Positions 35,379 to 44,466 of a stretch of DNA of 48,473 nucleotides are shown here, piece by piece (the stretch's first letter is position 1; every line of letters begins with the position of its first letter). Position numbers and translations under genes: made by a program. The stretch covers positions 1-48,473 of IMG/VR virus record IMGVR_UViG_3300048611_000157; one strand, written 5' to 3'. The notes beneath the pieces were generated by a model. It saw only the letters and a list, made by a program, of their open reading frames with translations, searched no databases and was not told the origin of the DNA. The DNA comes from a virus. Its lineage: Duplodnaviria; Caudoviricetes.

Positions 35379-37796
35379 GTGGGTGACCGCGGCGGACTCG
35401 ACGGCCTGGTCATGAGCCGGGTCGACGCGACTGCGGTCCAGTCCCGCGGCATGGGCAGCTACTCTCGCCGCCCAGGGACGAAGCCTGTCTACGCGCCCTA
35501 CGACTTGACCGAGCAGGGCACGGGCGACAACTCTCCGGAGAAGCACGCCAAGCTCTACGAAGAGTCGGTCGGCTTCGAGAACCTCGCGAGCGATCCCGAG
35601 GTTGCGATGCGGGCGAAGTATGCGGTGCTCGCAGGACTCAAGGACGTGTTCAACGTCATGGAGTTCTTGAGGAACAAGTGGCTGATCTTGTATCGCTACT
35701 ACCGCGGCGAGGTCTCCAACCACTTCAGCTACGGTCGCACGCCAGTCCACAGCCCGGAGCCCTACAAGGTCGTCGAGACGATGCTGCCGCAGATCGTGCG
35801 CACGTTGTTCGGCGGCGAGACGTGGTTCCGTCTGCTAGCCGAGGCCGAGGAGCACAACACCAACAGCCGCGCGCAGGAACGCCTCTGCAAGAAGCAGCTC
35901 AAGGCGATGCGACACGCGCAGAAGGCGAAGCGCGGGATCCGCAACGGGCTGATCTACGGGACGGCGATCCAGAAGACCTGGTGGAAGCAGGAGCTCGACA
36001 CGGTGGCGTATCGAGTCGGCAAGCGTCGCCCCGATCCGAACGTCCCCGGCGGCAGCAAGGTCGAGCTCCAGGAGGTCCGCCGTGAGGAGCTCACGTTCGA
36101 CGGCAACTTCGTCGACAACGTCGACATCTTCGACTTCCTCTGCCCCCCGAACGCCAGCGACATCGACGACGCGGAGTGGTGCGCGGATCGGAGCATGTGG
36201 CCCGACTACAAAGTCAAGGCCATGGGCGAACTCGGCCACTGGCTGAACCTCGACGCGCTGCGCGATCACCCCGGCACCGGCGACACGACCTTCGGCGACG
36301 AGTTCAAGGAACGGAAGAGCTACGCCTACGGTGTTTTCGACCCGCGGGCGGCATCGCAGGCGCCGCACATCCCGCACTACCACGTGATCGACTGGTGGGG
36401 TCCGCTGGTCATCCGGCAGAACGACGGCAGCTACGTCACCCGGCAGTGCAACGTGGTCATGCTCGAGCCGGACGGTCCGCAGATCATCGCGCGGATCACC
36501 GAGAATCCGTATTGGCACCGGCAGAAGCCCTACCAGGCGTGGAAGCCGATCGACCTCGAGGACGAGTTCTACGGCATCGGCGCGATCGAGATGATCGTGA
36601 GGCTGTCGCGCGAGAAGGACATCAAGCGCGACCTGCTGCTGGCGGCGGCGCAGCTCGAGGCGAACCCGATGTTCGCGGTCTCCGATCAGGCCAACATCCC
36701 CGACGGTCAACTGATCGTGCAGCCGGGTCTCTGTCTCCGCGTGCCGGACGTGCAGAACGCCATCATGCCGATCCACGTGCCGAAGGTGTCGGACTCGGCG
36801 CTCAAGGCGGAGAACCTACTGACTGCCGACATCCGCGAGACCGCAGGCACGACGTCTCCGTCGATGGGCGCGAAGGACCCCGCCGGCGGAGGTGGCAAGA
36901 CGGCGACGCAGCACACGGCCGAGATCGATCAGAGCAAGCTGCGCATCGCGCCGATGATCGAGAACTACGAGGAGCAGGTGATCGTGCCGATGCTCCATCA
37001 GATGGCGTGGAACAACCAGCAGTTCCTCAGCTACGAGACGGTCGTGCGTGACACTGGAGGCCTCGGCCTTAACTACACCGACCGTTACACGATCGGTCCC
37101 GAGCAGATGCTGGGTCGCTTCGTCGTCTTCCCGTTGGCGTCGTTCAAGCTGTTGACCAAGCAGACGCAGGTGCAGCAGCTCGTCAACATGCTCGATCGCG
37201 TGCCGATGCTGTCGCAGCTCTACGGGCCGCAGTCGGTCCACGGACTGAAGCTACTCGCTCACGTGCTCGAGCACGGTTTCGACATCCGCAACGCCGGCGA
37301 GTTCGTGAAGCTGCCTCCGGAAGACTCGGAGCTCCTCACCGCGCTGCAGGAGCAGGAGCTCTGGTATCACGGCAACGTGCCGCCCGTGCGCAGCGATGAC
37401 AACCACCTGCGGCACGTCCACGTGCACCTGCAGGAGATCGCCGGCGATCGCTTCCAATATCTCTACAAGAACGACAACGGCACGGCCGCGCGCGCGCGTG
37501 CCCACATCGCGGAGCACATGCAGATCCTGGCTCTGGTCTCGGAGCAGCAGGAGAAGCAGATCGCCGACATGCAGCAGATCGCGAACGCGTTCCAGATCCA
37601 GCCACCGGTGATGGGCGGCATGGGTCTCGAGAGCGGCTCGCTCAACATCCCTGGCGCTGGCTCCCCCTCCCAGGAGCCAGGGTCACCCAAGGTTCGTCGC
37701 AACGAGATCGAGCGAGGTGAAGGTGGGGGTCCCGCCGGTGCCAATCAGGCTCGGTCTTCCGCGATGAGCCAGGCCCCCAACCCCGGAGCAATGTGA
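35379..37796 (+). CDS. Portal protein (P22/SU10-like)
   Basis: Size and position after terL; YGTAI.K..W, FDFLCPP, FYGIG, TAT motifs; alternative ATG at 35412. Confidence 0.9.
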   Translation: MGDRGGLDGLVMSRVDATAVQSRGMGSYSRRPGTKPVYAPYDLTEQGTGDNSPEKHAKLYEESVGFENLASDPEVAMRAKYAVLAGLKDVFNVMEFLRNKWLILYRYYRGEVSNHFSYGRTPVHSPEPYKVVETMLPQIVRTLFGGETWFRLLAEAEEHNTNSRAQERLCKKQLKAMRHAQKAKRGIRNGLIYGTAIQKTWWKQELDTVAYRVGKRRPDPNVPGGSKVELQEVRREELTFDGNFVDNVDIFDFLCPPNASDIDDAEWCADRSMWPDYKVKAMGELGHWLNLDALRDHPGTGDTTFGDEFKERKSYAYGVFDPRAASQAPHIPHYHVIDWWGPLVIRQNDGSYVTRQCNVVMLEPDGPQIIARITENPYWHRQKPYQAWKPIDLEDEFYGIGAIEMIVRLSREKDIKRDLLLAAAQLEANPMFAVSDQANIPDGQLIVQPGLCLRVPDVQNAIMPIHVPKVSDSALKAENLLTADIRETAGTTSPSMGAKDPAGGGGKTATQHTAEIDQSKLRIAPMIENYEEQVIVPMLHQMAWNNQQFLSYETVVRDTGGLGLNYTDRYTIGPEQMLGRFVVFPLASFKLLTKQTQVQQLVNMLDRVPMLSQLYGPQSVHGLKLLAHVLEHGFDIRNAGEFVKLPPEDSELLTALQEQELWYHGNVPPVRSDDNHLRHVHVHLQEIAGDRFQYLYKNDNGTAARARAHIAEHMQILALVSEQQEKQIADMQQIANAFQIQPPVMGGMGLESGSLNIPGAGSPSQEPGSPKVRRNEIERGEGGGPAGANQARSSAMSQAPNPGAM

Positions 37797-38194
37797 TTCG
37801 CGAGAAGCTGTTCTCCGACGACCCGACCTGGGACGTGAACGCCCAGGAAGCCGAGTTTCGTGCAAAGCTCGAGGCTGACATCCGGGACATCGAGAGAGAC
37901 ATCGCGTTGGCAGACAAGGCGCTTGCTCTGCGCGCATCTCCGGGTTGGGAGCCATTTCTCAAGACGGTCCGAGCTCTGTTGGACTCGCGCACGGAGGAGC
38001 TGATTCTGGCGAAGAACCCTCACGATGCGACGCTTCTGCAGGGTAGAGTCCGCGAGCTTCGAGCTGTGCTCAGCCTCATGCAGAGGACCGAGAGCAGCGT
38101 GTCAGTCCTGCGGGATCGCCTGCAGGTTCGAGTGAAGGAGCGCGACGAGCGCTTCGTCGGCCAGAAAGTGAAACCGTTAGGAGCAACATCATGA
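37793..38194 (+). CDS. Hypothetical protein following portal (133 aa)
   Basis: SPGWEPF...LQGRV motif; GTGA overlap. Confidence 0.75.
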   Translation: MIREKLFSDDPTWDVNAQEAEFRAKLEADIRDIERDIALADKALALRASPGWEPFLKTVRALLDSRTEELILAKNPHDATLLQGRVRELRAVLSLMQRTESSVSVLRDRLQVRVKERDERFVGQKVKPLGATS

Positions 38195-38397
38195 ACAACG
38201 AAGGCCTCGGGGCGATCAAGCCCAAGACCGGGGACAACGCTTGCGTGCTGAATCGCGCGAGCGGCTACAAGAAGACCATGGCGGCGATGGACTCGAAGAC
38301 GCGTTCGGGTCACTCGGCGACCGAGATGAACAACAAGTGGACGAGCGTCCCGGGCAGCGGCTTCGGCGGCAACGTCAAGGGCTACGGCTCCCACTGA
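38191..38397 (+). CDS. Small hypothetical protein (68 aa)
   Basis: AGGAG RBS; ATGA overlap. Confidence 0.65.
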   Translation: MNNEGLGAIKPKTGDNACVLNRASGYKKTMAAMDSKTRSGHSATEMNNKWTSVPGSGFGGNVKGYGSH

Positions 38398-38454
38398 TTC
38401 CTACCCCCCCTCGAAAGGCCTGGGTAAGCCTTAACTGCCCACCACTGCGCTGCA

Positions 38455-38508
38455 GCCGAGTCGCGCCGGCAACCTTGCGCTGAACACGGAGCGGGAGTCG
38501 CGCACCGC
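38455..38508 (+). promoter_or_regulatory. Twin hairpins carrying GAGTCGCGC in the scaffold leader
   Basis: gccg-agtcgcgc-cggc and gcgg-gagtcgcgca-ccgc. Confidence 0.45.
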
Positions 38509-38516
38509 CGAACGAG

Positions 38517-39566
38517 ATGACCGAACTACAAGGACAACCTCAACAGTCCGCTTTCAACCAGCGGTCGGATAGTGCTGCGCTTTCGCTGAAGGGAGACATC
38601 TCCCGCCAGCTTTCAGCCCTGACCGGACAGCAGGTGGATCTTCCATCCGTCCAGGTCCCCGTGAACGAGCATGGCCAGCCAATCAACCCTGAGCAACTGC
38701 CTCCCGAAGGCAGCTACGCACGCCAGCAGTTGGAACAGCAGCGCGCGGCGCGAGCGCAAGCAGAAGCCCTCGCGCAGCACCAGCGAGCTACCAACCCGCA
38801 AGGCTACGACGCTCAGCGGCAGGCTGCCCAGCCGCAGCAGCACGAACAACACGAACAGCTATCTCAACGGGCGCAAGAGCGGATCACGTCTCTCGTCTCC
38901 CAGCTACGACAGAAGGACCAGGAATACCAGCAGGTGGAGGCTCGCCTCCAGCAGCAAGACGCAACTGCACAGGAGCTGCAGGCTCAGCTACAGGCTGCGC
39001 AGCAGCAGATCAATTCGATCATGCAGGAGCACATGGAGAACCTGGACCCCGAGACGCGAGCGCAAGTCCTCATGGACGCGCGCCTGCGGCAGGCCGTCGC
39101 TCAATCCGAACAGCGGGTGCTACAAGCATTGCAGCCGCAACTGCGAGCGTTGATGACACGCAACGAGCAGCAGGAGAAGGTGGGTCTGGGGCATCGTTAC
39201 ACCGGCTACAACCCGGTGGACCATGACCATCTGATCGATGAGTTCCGGAGGCACAATCCAAACTGCTCCATCGAGCAGGCGTTCCGCGCAGTTGCGACAC
39301 CCGAAGAGCTTTCTGTTGGTGGGGCCCGACCTGCGAACCCACCGCCGCCGACGGTGCCTCCCGGAAACGGTGCAGCCACGCCCCGGTATCTCCCTCAGCA
39401 GCACGCGCAGCCCGATCCAGTCGAGCAGATGCGCCAGGACGCGGCGGAAGCCGCGCGCCTCGCGCGCAGCCTGGATCCGGAGGATCAGAAGAAGTCGATG
39501 GCTCTCTTCGACAAGAACCTGCGCGAGCGTTTGGGGGGAGTGCTACCCGGGCAGCAACAGCGATAG
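38517..39566 (+). CDS. Capsid scaffolding protein
   Basis: Q-rich coiled coil (RAQERITSLV), Pro-rich linker, directly upstream of the capsid gene. Confidence 0.8.
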   Translation: MTELQGQPQQSAFNQRSDSAALSLKGDISRQLSALTGQQVDLPSVQVPVNEHGQPINPEQLPPEGSYARQQLEQQRAARAQAEALAQHQRATNPQGYDAQRQAAQPQQHEQHEQLSQRAQERITSLVSQLRQKDQEYQQVEARLQQQDATAQELQAQLQAAQQQINSIMQEHMENLDPETRAQVLMDARLRQAVAQSEQRVLQALQPQLRALMTRNEQQEKVGLGHRYTGYNPVDHDHLIDEFRRHNPNCSIEQAFRAVATPEELSVGGARPANPPPPTVPPGNGAATPRYLPQQHAQPDPVEQMRQDAAEAARLARSLDPEDQKKSMALFDKNLRERLGGVLPGQQQR

Positions 39567-39626
39567 CTGCACGCAGACCAGGGAGACCGCCGGCGTTGGA
39601 GGGTGAACAACAACCCCCCAACGACA

Positions 39627-40664
39627 ATGGCTTTCGTAGGCAGTCTGGGAGTCTTGAACTCCTTCGATGTCGGGACAGGCAACCGCGAGGACCTGCTCGA
39701 CATCATCACCAACATCAGCCCGATGGACACTCTGTTCCTCTCGGGCTTCGAGAAGGTCCCGGCCAACAACATCATCCACGAGTGGCTGGTCGACATTCTC
39801 GCTTCCTTCGGCGATCCCGACGTGGGGAACGCCGACGTGCAGGCGGTGCCGGAAGGTTCCGATGCCGACTTCACGACCCTCGTGCCGCGGAAGCGGCTCT
39901 GCAACCTCTCCCACATCATCCGCCGCACGTTCGACGTGTCCGACACCCAGCGGGACATCAACACCGCCGGGATCCGTGACGAATACGTCTACCAGTTGCG
40001 CAAGGCGTCGATGGAGCTCGCTCGCTTCATCGAGTTCGCCCTCGTGCACAGCGTGCGGCAGTTCCAGGTCGCTCAGGGCAACAACCCGCCCGCGAGCGGC
40101 GGCGTGCTCCCGCGCAAGATGGACGGCTTCTACGCGTATGCGTCGGCGGCCGACCCGACCTGCGCGACCACGCTGGGGCTGAGCACGGACGAGATGGGCA
40201 CCGTCACCGAAGTTGGCGGCTCGTCGCCGGCCAACTGCATCGACGAGTGCACGCTCAACGAGCACCTGCAGGCGATGTGGGAGAAGGGCGCGATGACGGA
40301 CACTCTCTGGGCCAACGCGGTCCAGAAGCGTTCGCTGTCGAACCTGACGCTCAACCCGAACTCGCAGATTCGCTACAACATCCAGGCGAACGAGCGGACC
40401 GTCATCAACACGGTCGACTACTACCAGTCGGACTTCGGGACGCAGCGCGTCTACCTGCACCGGTATCAGAACAACAGCCGGATCGCGACGGCGGAGGCGA
40501 ACAAGCTCCGCATCGCAGTCCTGCGACCGGTGCTGGCGGTCGAGCTGGCCAAGCTGGGCTCGTCGACCAAGGGCATGATAGAGTGGGAGGGGACGTTAGA
40601 AGTCCTTGCGCCCAACGCGATCGGCTACCTCGACACCTTGTGCACCGGCGTTGCAGGGTGCTGA
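39627..40664 (+). CDS. Major capsid protein (SU10/DUF5309-like)
   Basis: NREDLLDIITNISPMDTLFLS, HEWLVD, EGSDA, N..HI, RKMDG, Y.SDFG, LAKLGSS. Confidence 0.92.
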   Translation: MAFVGSLGVLNSFDVGTGNREDLLDIITNISPMDTLFLSGFEKVPANNIIHEWLVDILASFGDPDVGNADVQAVPEGSDADFTTLVPRKRLCNLSHIIRRTFDVSDTQRDINTAGIRDEYVYQLRKASMELARFIEFALVHSVRQFQVAQGNNPPASGGVLPRKMDGFYAYASAADPTCATTLGLSTDEMGTVTEVGGSSPANCIDECTLNEHLQAMWEKGAMTDTLWANAVQKRSLSNLTLNPNSQIRYNIQANERTVINTVDYYQSDFGTQRVYLHRYQNNSRIATAEANKLRIAVLRPVLAVELAKLGSSTKGMIEWEGTLEVLAPNAIGYLDTLCTGVAGC

Positions 40665-41116
40665 AGGTAATCGAGGGCGGCTTGTAGCCTCTCTCGATCG
40701 TCTCCGAACAGACCGAGTCCTCTGTTGCATTTGTTGCAGAGGATTCCTCTGACAAGACCTGATTCGTGGCAATGATCAACTACAGGATGGCGAGCGCCTC
40801 GACTGGGACCTCCCAGTTTTTGCTGACATATGGGGCACTTGCCATCCTGCTCTCTCACCATCCGTCCGAAGTCCTCCGGTGTGATCCCGTATTTCTTGAG
40901 CTTTGTCTTCGTGTTGGACCTCTTCGCGGCACCAGGGTTTTTAGCCTCCCAGCGACCAAACTGCTCGCGACGCTTGGCGAGGCTGATGGCGATGCACTTG
41001 CGGCACCTCCACCTGAAGGCTTTCGGCCCCCTCTCCCAGACCTTGCGAAGGTTGTCTCCAACCAAGGGATGGCCACGACGGCATTCGCCGCCGGGGGCGT
41101 AGAGCTTTGCTGACAT
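40625..41116 (-). CDS. Endonuclease VII-family (His-Me) homing endonuclease, antisense to the late operon
   Basis: KYGIT...Q.GKCPIC...VDHCH..G.VRGILC..CNRGLG.F.D; N-terminal CRRGH..CRKC. Confidence 0.9.
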   Translation of the reverse strand: MSAKLYAPGGECRRGHPLVGDNLRKVWERGPKAFRWRCRKCIAISLAKRREQFGRWEAKNPGAAKRSNTKTKLKKYGITPEDFGRMVREQDGKCPICQQKLGGPSRGARHPVVDHCHESGLVRGILCNKCNRGLGLFGDDRERLQAALDYLQHPATPVHKVSR

Positions 41117-41122
41117 TCTCGA

Positions 41123-41151
41123 ATCATACCATGAGGCAACGACCCTGCGAA
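41123..41151 (-). promoter_or_regulatory. Sigma70 promoter for a leaderless endonuclease transcript
   Basis: TTCGCA (41151-41146), 17 nt, TATGAT (41128-41123), 6 nt, ATG 41116. Confidence 0.5.
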
Positions 41152-41268
41152 CGATGCAGCACGATGGCAGACGTCACTCGGACCAAGAAGAAGGTCCAGG
41201 TGACGCTCTGCCCTCGTTGCGGCTTCAAGACCGTGAAGCACCTGGTCAAGAAAGGCCGTGGTGGTTGA
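41131..41268 (+). CDS. Small basic Zn-ribbon protein (45 aa), below ORF-track cutoff
   Basis: MRQRPCERC...LCPRCGFK. Confidence 0.5.
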   Translation: MRQRPCERCSTMADVTRTKKKVQVTLCPRCGFKTVKHLVKKGRGG

Positions 41269-41324
41269 GGCGGTCGACCCTCCTGCCGGCGTGTCCGGAA
41301 GAAGCTCCGCAACCTGACGATCTC

Positions 41325-41750
41325 ATGAAGTTCGAGTTCCACTGCTACTCCTGCTCGCTGGGCGAGAACCTCACCTCCCGCCCCTTCCATCCCCCGAAGG
41401 CACCCGCGTGTCCGAAGTGCGGCTACCAGATGGATCGGGTCTACGGCTGCCAGATCGACACCAGCGGCTGTCGTGACCACGACGAGATCCCTGCTGAGCA
41501 TCGCATCGCGTGCGGCCCGGGTGACCACAACCTGACTCCTGGGCAGACTGCGGCGATGGAAGCCCGCGCGCAGCGCGAGATCGAGCAGACCCGGCGCGAC
41601 CTGGCCGACGGGGGGAACAAGGGCGGCTTCCGGCTCACGAACCGGATCCCGGCGGCGCTCTACCACGGGAAGATCCGGGAGACGAAGGATCCGGCATACT
41701 GGAACGACCCGAAAAACCGAGCTCGACACCGCAGCACCAAGGTGGACTGA
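41325..41750 (+). CDS. FmdB-like Zn-ribbon protein (141 aa)
   Basis: MKFEFHCYSC...CPKCG..MDRVY. Confidence 0.7.
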   Translation: MKFEFHCYSCSLGENLTSRPFHPPKAPACPKCGYQMDRVYGCQIDTSGCRDHDEIPAEHRIACGPGDHNLTPGQTAAMEARAQREIEQTRRDLADGGNKGGFRLTNRIPAALYHGKIRETKDPAYWNDPKNRARHRSTKVD

Positions 41751-41752
41751 CC

Positions 41753-43396
41753 ATGGCGACCCCCACGTTCCAGGACAAGTTCGACCGTCCCGACGGTCAG
41801 ATTGGGACCGACTACACGGTCCCATGCGGCCAGGCCTTCCTGTTCGACGAATCGGTGCTCCCGGTCCGGGTCGATGAGATCAACGGCTCCGAGGTCCTGG
41901 AGACGCCCCTGCAACGCACCCAGGTCCTCTACACCGCCGATACCCTGGATGGACCGGACCAGGTCCTGCGCGCCGTCTGGGGCCACGACCAGGTCGTCCC
42001 CGCCGGCGTCGACACCCCGCCGAGCTTCTCGGTCCTCGCCCGGGCGACGAAGGACCCCCTGGTGCTCGACCTCACTCCGCCGGATGAGAGCCCGGACTGT
42101 TTCGACCAGCTCTACGGCCTCCGGGTGACCTGCCCCCTGGACGGCTCCAATCCCGTCCTGAAGCTCGTCAAGAAGACCCCCCATCGTCGAGCGCCGAATC
42201 TCAGTGCGTCCAGCACGGGCGAATCTGACGACGCTCAGGTGCTCACATCCGTGACGCTCGCCTCGAGCGCGCTCCACACAGACCCGTCCTGGGACGGGTC
42301 GGGAAATCCTCCCTACCGGGGGTTCTGGCAGGACATGCGCCTGCGGATCCGCCACGGGGACGACCAGGTCGTGCTCGAGGCCTTCCTGAACGACCGCTAC
42401 CTGAACACGCCGATCCTGACCTACACCGACCGGGCAGACCCGCTATGGTCGGTGGTGGGCGTTCCCGGCTTCGAGTTCCTCTCGGCTGTTCTGACCCAGC
42501 AGCCGTCCGGGGCGTCCCCCTTCGCCCAGAGTGCTGAAGCGCTGATGCGCTGCACGCTCTTCAGCGCCCAGACCCTGAAGGTCTTCCGTCGTCCGGTGCA
42601 GGTGCAGCCGGACAACTACTACACCTACGATCGCGTCGTGGACCGCGTGATCGCGCTCGTCGAGAAGAACGGCGACGCCAAATACACGGCGACCAACAGC
42701 GGTGCGACCAAGCGGGAGATCTACCTCGGCTTCGTCATCGAGGCTGAGGCGGAGATCATCCGGAGGGAGGGCTACTACCACTGGCTGCAGCGCTCGAGCG
42801 CGATCCACCTGGCTGACCAGGTCGGCGTCTACGAGCTGCCGGCCGACCTTGGTGAGCTGATCCAGGTCCGTCCTGGCAACTTCATCGGACAGCCGTTGCG
42901 TGAGCTGACGCAGTTCGACTTCCACCAGCTCCTCGCCGGCCGCGGCAGCACGGGTGGCAAGCCGGCGATCTACCATCGGGTCGAGGAGTCGGTGAACAAC
43001 AGGCTCCGCATCGAGCTCTACCCGGTGCCGCTGATCTCGGCGATCGCCGTGAACAGCCAGGAGGACGACACTCCATGGATCGCGGCCGACTACTACGCGC
43101 GGCAGCTACGTCCGACCAATCCGTCCGTGCAGATCCCCTTTGTGCCGCAGGACGACATGGATGTCTTGATCTACGGTGCCACGCACTCGGCGCTGCTCCT
43201 CGACACGGACGCGAAGAACACCGAGCAGTTCGAACGCCGCTACGAGATGAAGCTGAAGGACCTGCGCCGCGAGAACAACCGCAAGGTGAGCTCGAGGCAG
43301 ACGGTGATGCGCAGCGCGAACGACGTCTACGCTGACAACCCGAGCAACCAGGTGCCGCTGCTGCGAGCTTCGCAGCTTGGGAGCTTCCTGCTGTGA
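41753..43396 (+). CDS. Head-tail adaptor fused to an N-terminal beta-sandwich domain (547 aa)
   Basis: C-half YELPAD, ELYPVP, IPFVPQDDMDVLIYGA adaptor pattern; N-half begins FQDKFDRPDGQIG. Confidence 0.65.
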   Translation: MATPTFQDKFDRPDGQIGTDYTVPCGQAFLFDESVLPVRVDEINGSEVLETPLQRTQVLYTADTLDGPDQVLRAVWGHDQVVPAGVDTPPSFSVLARATKDPLVLDLTPPDESPDCFDQLYGLRVTCPLDGSNPVLKLVKKTPHRRAPNLSASSTGESDDAQVLTSVTLASSALHTDPSWDGSGNPPYRGFWQDMRLRIRHGDDQVVLEAFLNDRYLNTPILTYTDRADPLWSVVGVPGFEFLSAVLTQQPSGASPFAQSAEALMRCTLFSAQTLKVFRRPVQVQPDNYYTYDRVVDRVIALVEKNGDAKYTATNSGATKREIYLGFVIEAEAEIIRREGYYHWLQRSSAIHLADQVGVYELPADLGELIQVRPGNFIGQPLRELTQFDFHQLLAGRGSTGGKPAIYHRVEESVNNRLRIELYPVPLISAIAVNSQEDDTPWIAADYYARQLRPTNPSVQIPFVPQDDMDVLIYGATHSALLLDTDAKNTEQFERRYEMKLKDLRRENNRKVSSRQTVMRSANDVYADNPSNQVPLLRASQLGSFLL

Positions 43397-43587
43397 TGCC
43401 AGTATGTGAAAATGCCGGCTTCGCACCGGCTTGCACGCCTCGTTGGCTCCCCTCTTGGCACCGCGTGTGGGCCTGGGATGTCACCCGGGGAGTCGGGGGC
43501 AAGATCACCCAACGCGGCCAAGGTGCTTGCAGATCATGTCCTTCCGGAGAAGGTCCGCGCTTGATCGAATGCGGGGAGGGTAGCTGA
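43393..43587 (+). CDS. Small Cys/Trp-rich protein (64 aa)
   Basis: Fills the adaptor-nozzle gap; GTGA overlap. Confidence 0.45.
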   Translation: MMPVCENAGFAPACTPRWLPSWHRVWAWDVTRGVGGKITQRGQGACRSCPSGEGPRLIECGEGS

Positions 43588-43590
43588 TCG

Positions 43591-44466
43591 ATGACGAAGT
43601 GGCAAGAGTTCCCCCTCCGCCCGCAAGGCCGTCCTTGGGCCGGGATCAACACCCGGTCCGGCAAGCTCGACGACGGCAGCGGCCAGATGACCGATGCGTC
43701 GCTGAACGTCATCATCAACACCGCCGACCGCCTCGAGAAGCGCAAGGGCATGATCCGCGGTCTCGACGAGCGCTTCGCCGGCGCGATCTGCGGGATCCAC
43801 GCCTGGCAGGACGAGTGCGGCCGCGAGTGGCTGATCGTTGCCGACGAAGCCGGCTTCTCGATCCGGCAGCCGTTCTCGATCCCGAGCTTCAGCAACTCTG
43901 ACGCCTACCCGTCCGACGACTTCGCCGTTGCTGGCCCGGTCGACCAGTTCTTCTGGCGCAACACGGGAGGCTACGAGCAGGTCGGCGGCGCCCTGGTGCT
44001 GCGCGTCGGCCAGACCGACCCTGGCGACATGGCCTGGTTCAAGGACGCGGCCAACACGTCCTACCGGGTGAGCATCGGCTGGGAGGTCGCGGATGACGAC
44101 GGTGTTGCGCTGGTCATCAAGCGTGGCGCGACGGCGCGCCTCGAGGCCCGGATCGCGCAAGACACCGGGGTGGCCACTGTGTCGATGGTCCACGTCGACA
44201 GGTTTGGGGTGGCGAAGACCCTGCTGGCTCAGGGGATCGCAGCATCGTCGGGAACCATGACCTTCAACTACGCCAGGGACACGAGTCGGGGAGTCTTCCG
44301 GGTTGTCCTCGACATCACCCCCGAAGGCGGGCAGACGTCGCGCCTCGACGACTTCTCGACGATCACTGCGCTCGATGACGCCGACCTGGGACAGGGCACG
44401 GCCCTTCGTCTCGAGGGACTGTCGACATCGCCCAAGATCCTGTTCGTCCAGGGGGAGCCGATCTGA
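43591..44466 (+). CDS. Tail protein: nozzle-like N-terminus + beta-sandwich domain (291 aa)
   Basis: GGAGG RBS; WAGINT...N......RLEKRKG nozzle N-terminal pattern. Confidence 0.65.
   Translation: MTKWQEFPLRPQGRPWAGINTRSGKLDDGSGQMTDASLNVIINTADRLEKRKGMIRGLDERFAGAICGIHAWQDECGREWLIVADEAGFSIRQPFSIPSFSNSDAYPSDDFAVAGPVDQFFWRNTGGYEQVGGALVLRVGQTDPGDMAWFKDAANTSYRVSIGWEVADDDGVALVIKRGATARLEARIAQDTGVATVSMVHVDRFGVAKTLLAQGIAASSGTMTFNYARDTSRGVFRVVLDITPEGGQTSRLDDFSTITALDDADLGQGTALRLEGLSTSPKILFVQGEPI

Noticed and set aside
30479-37796. Inteins or introns in terL and portal
   Set aside because: Uninterrupted frames of normal size; no C...HN intein ends seen
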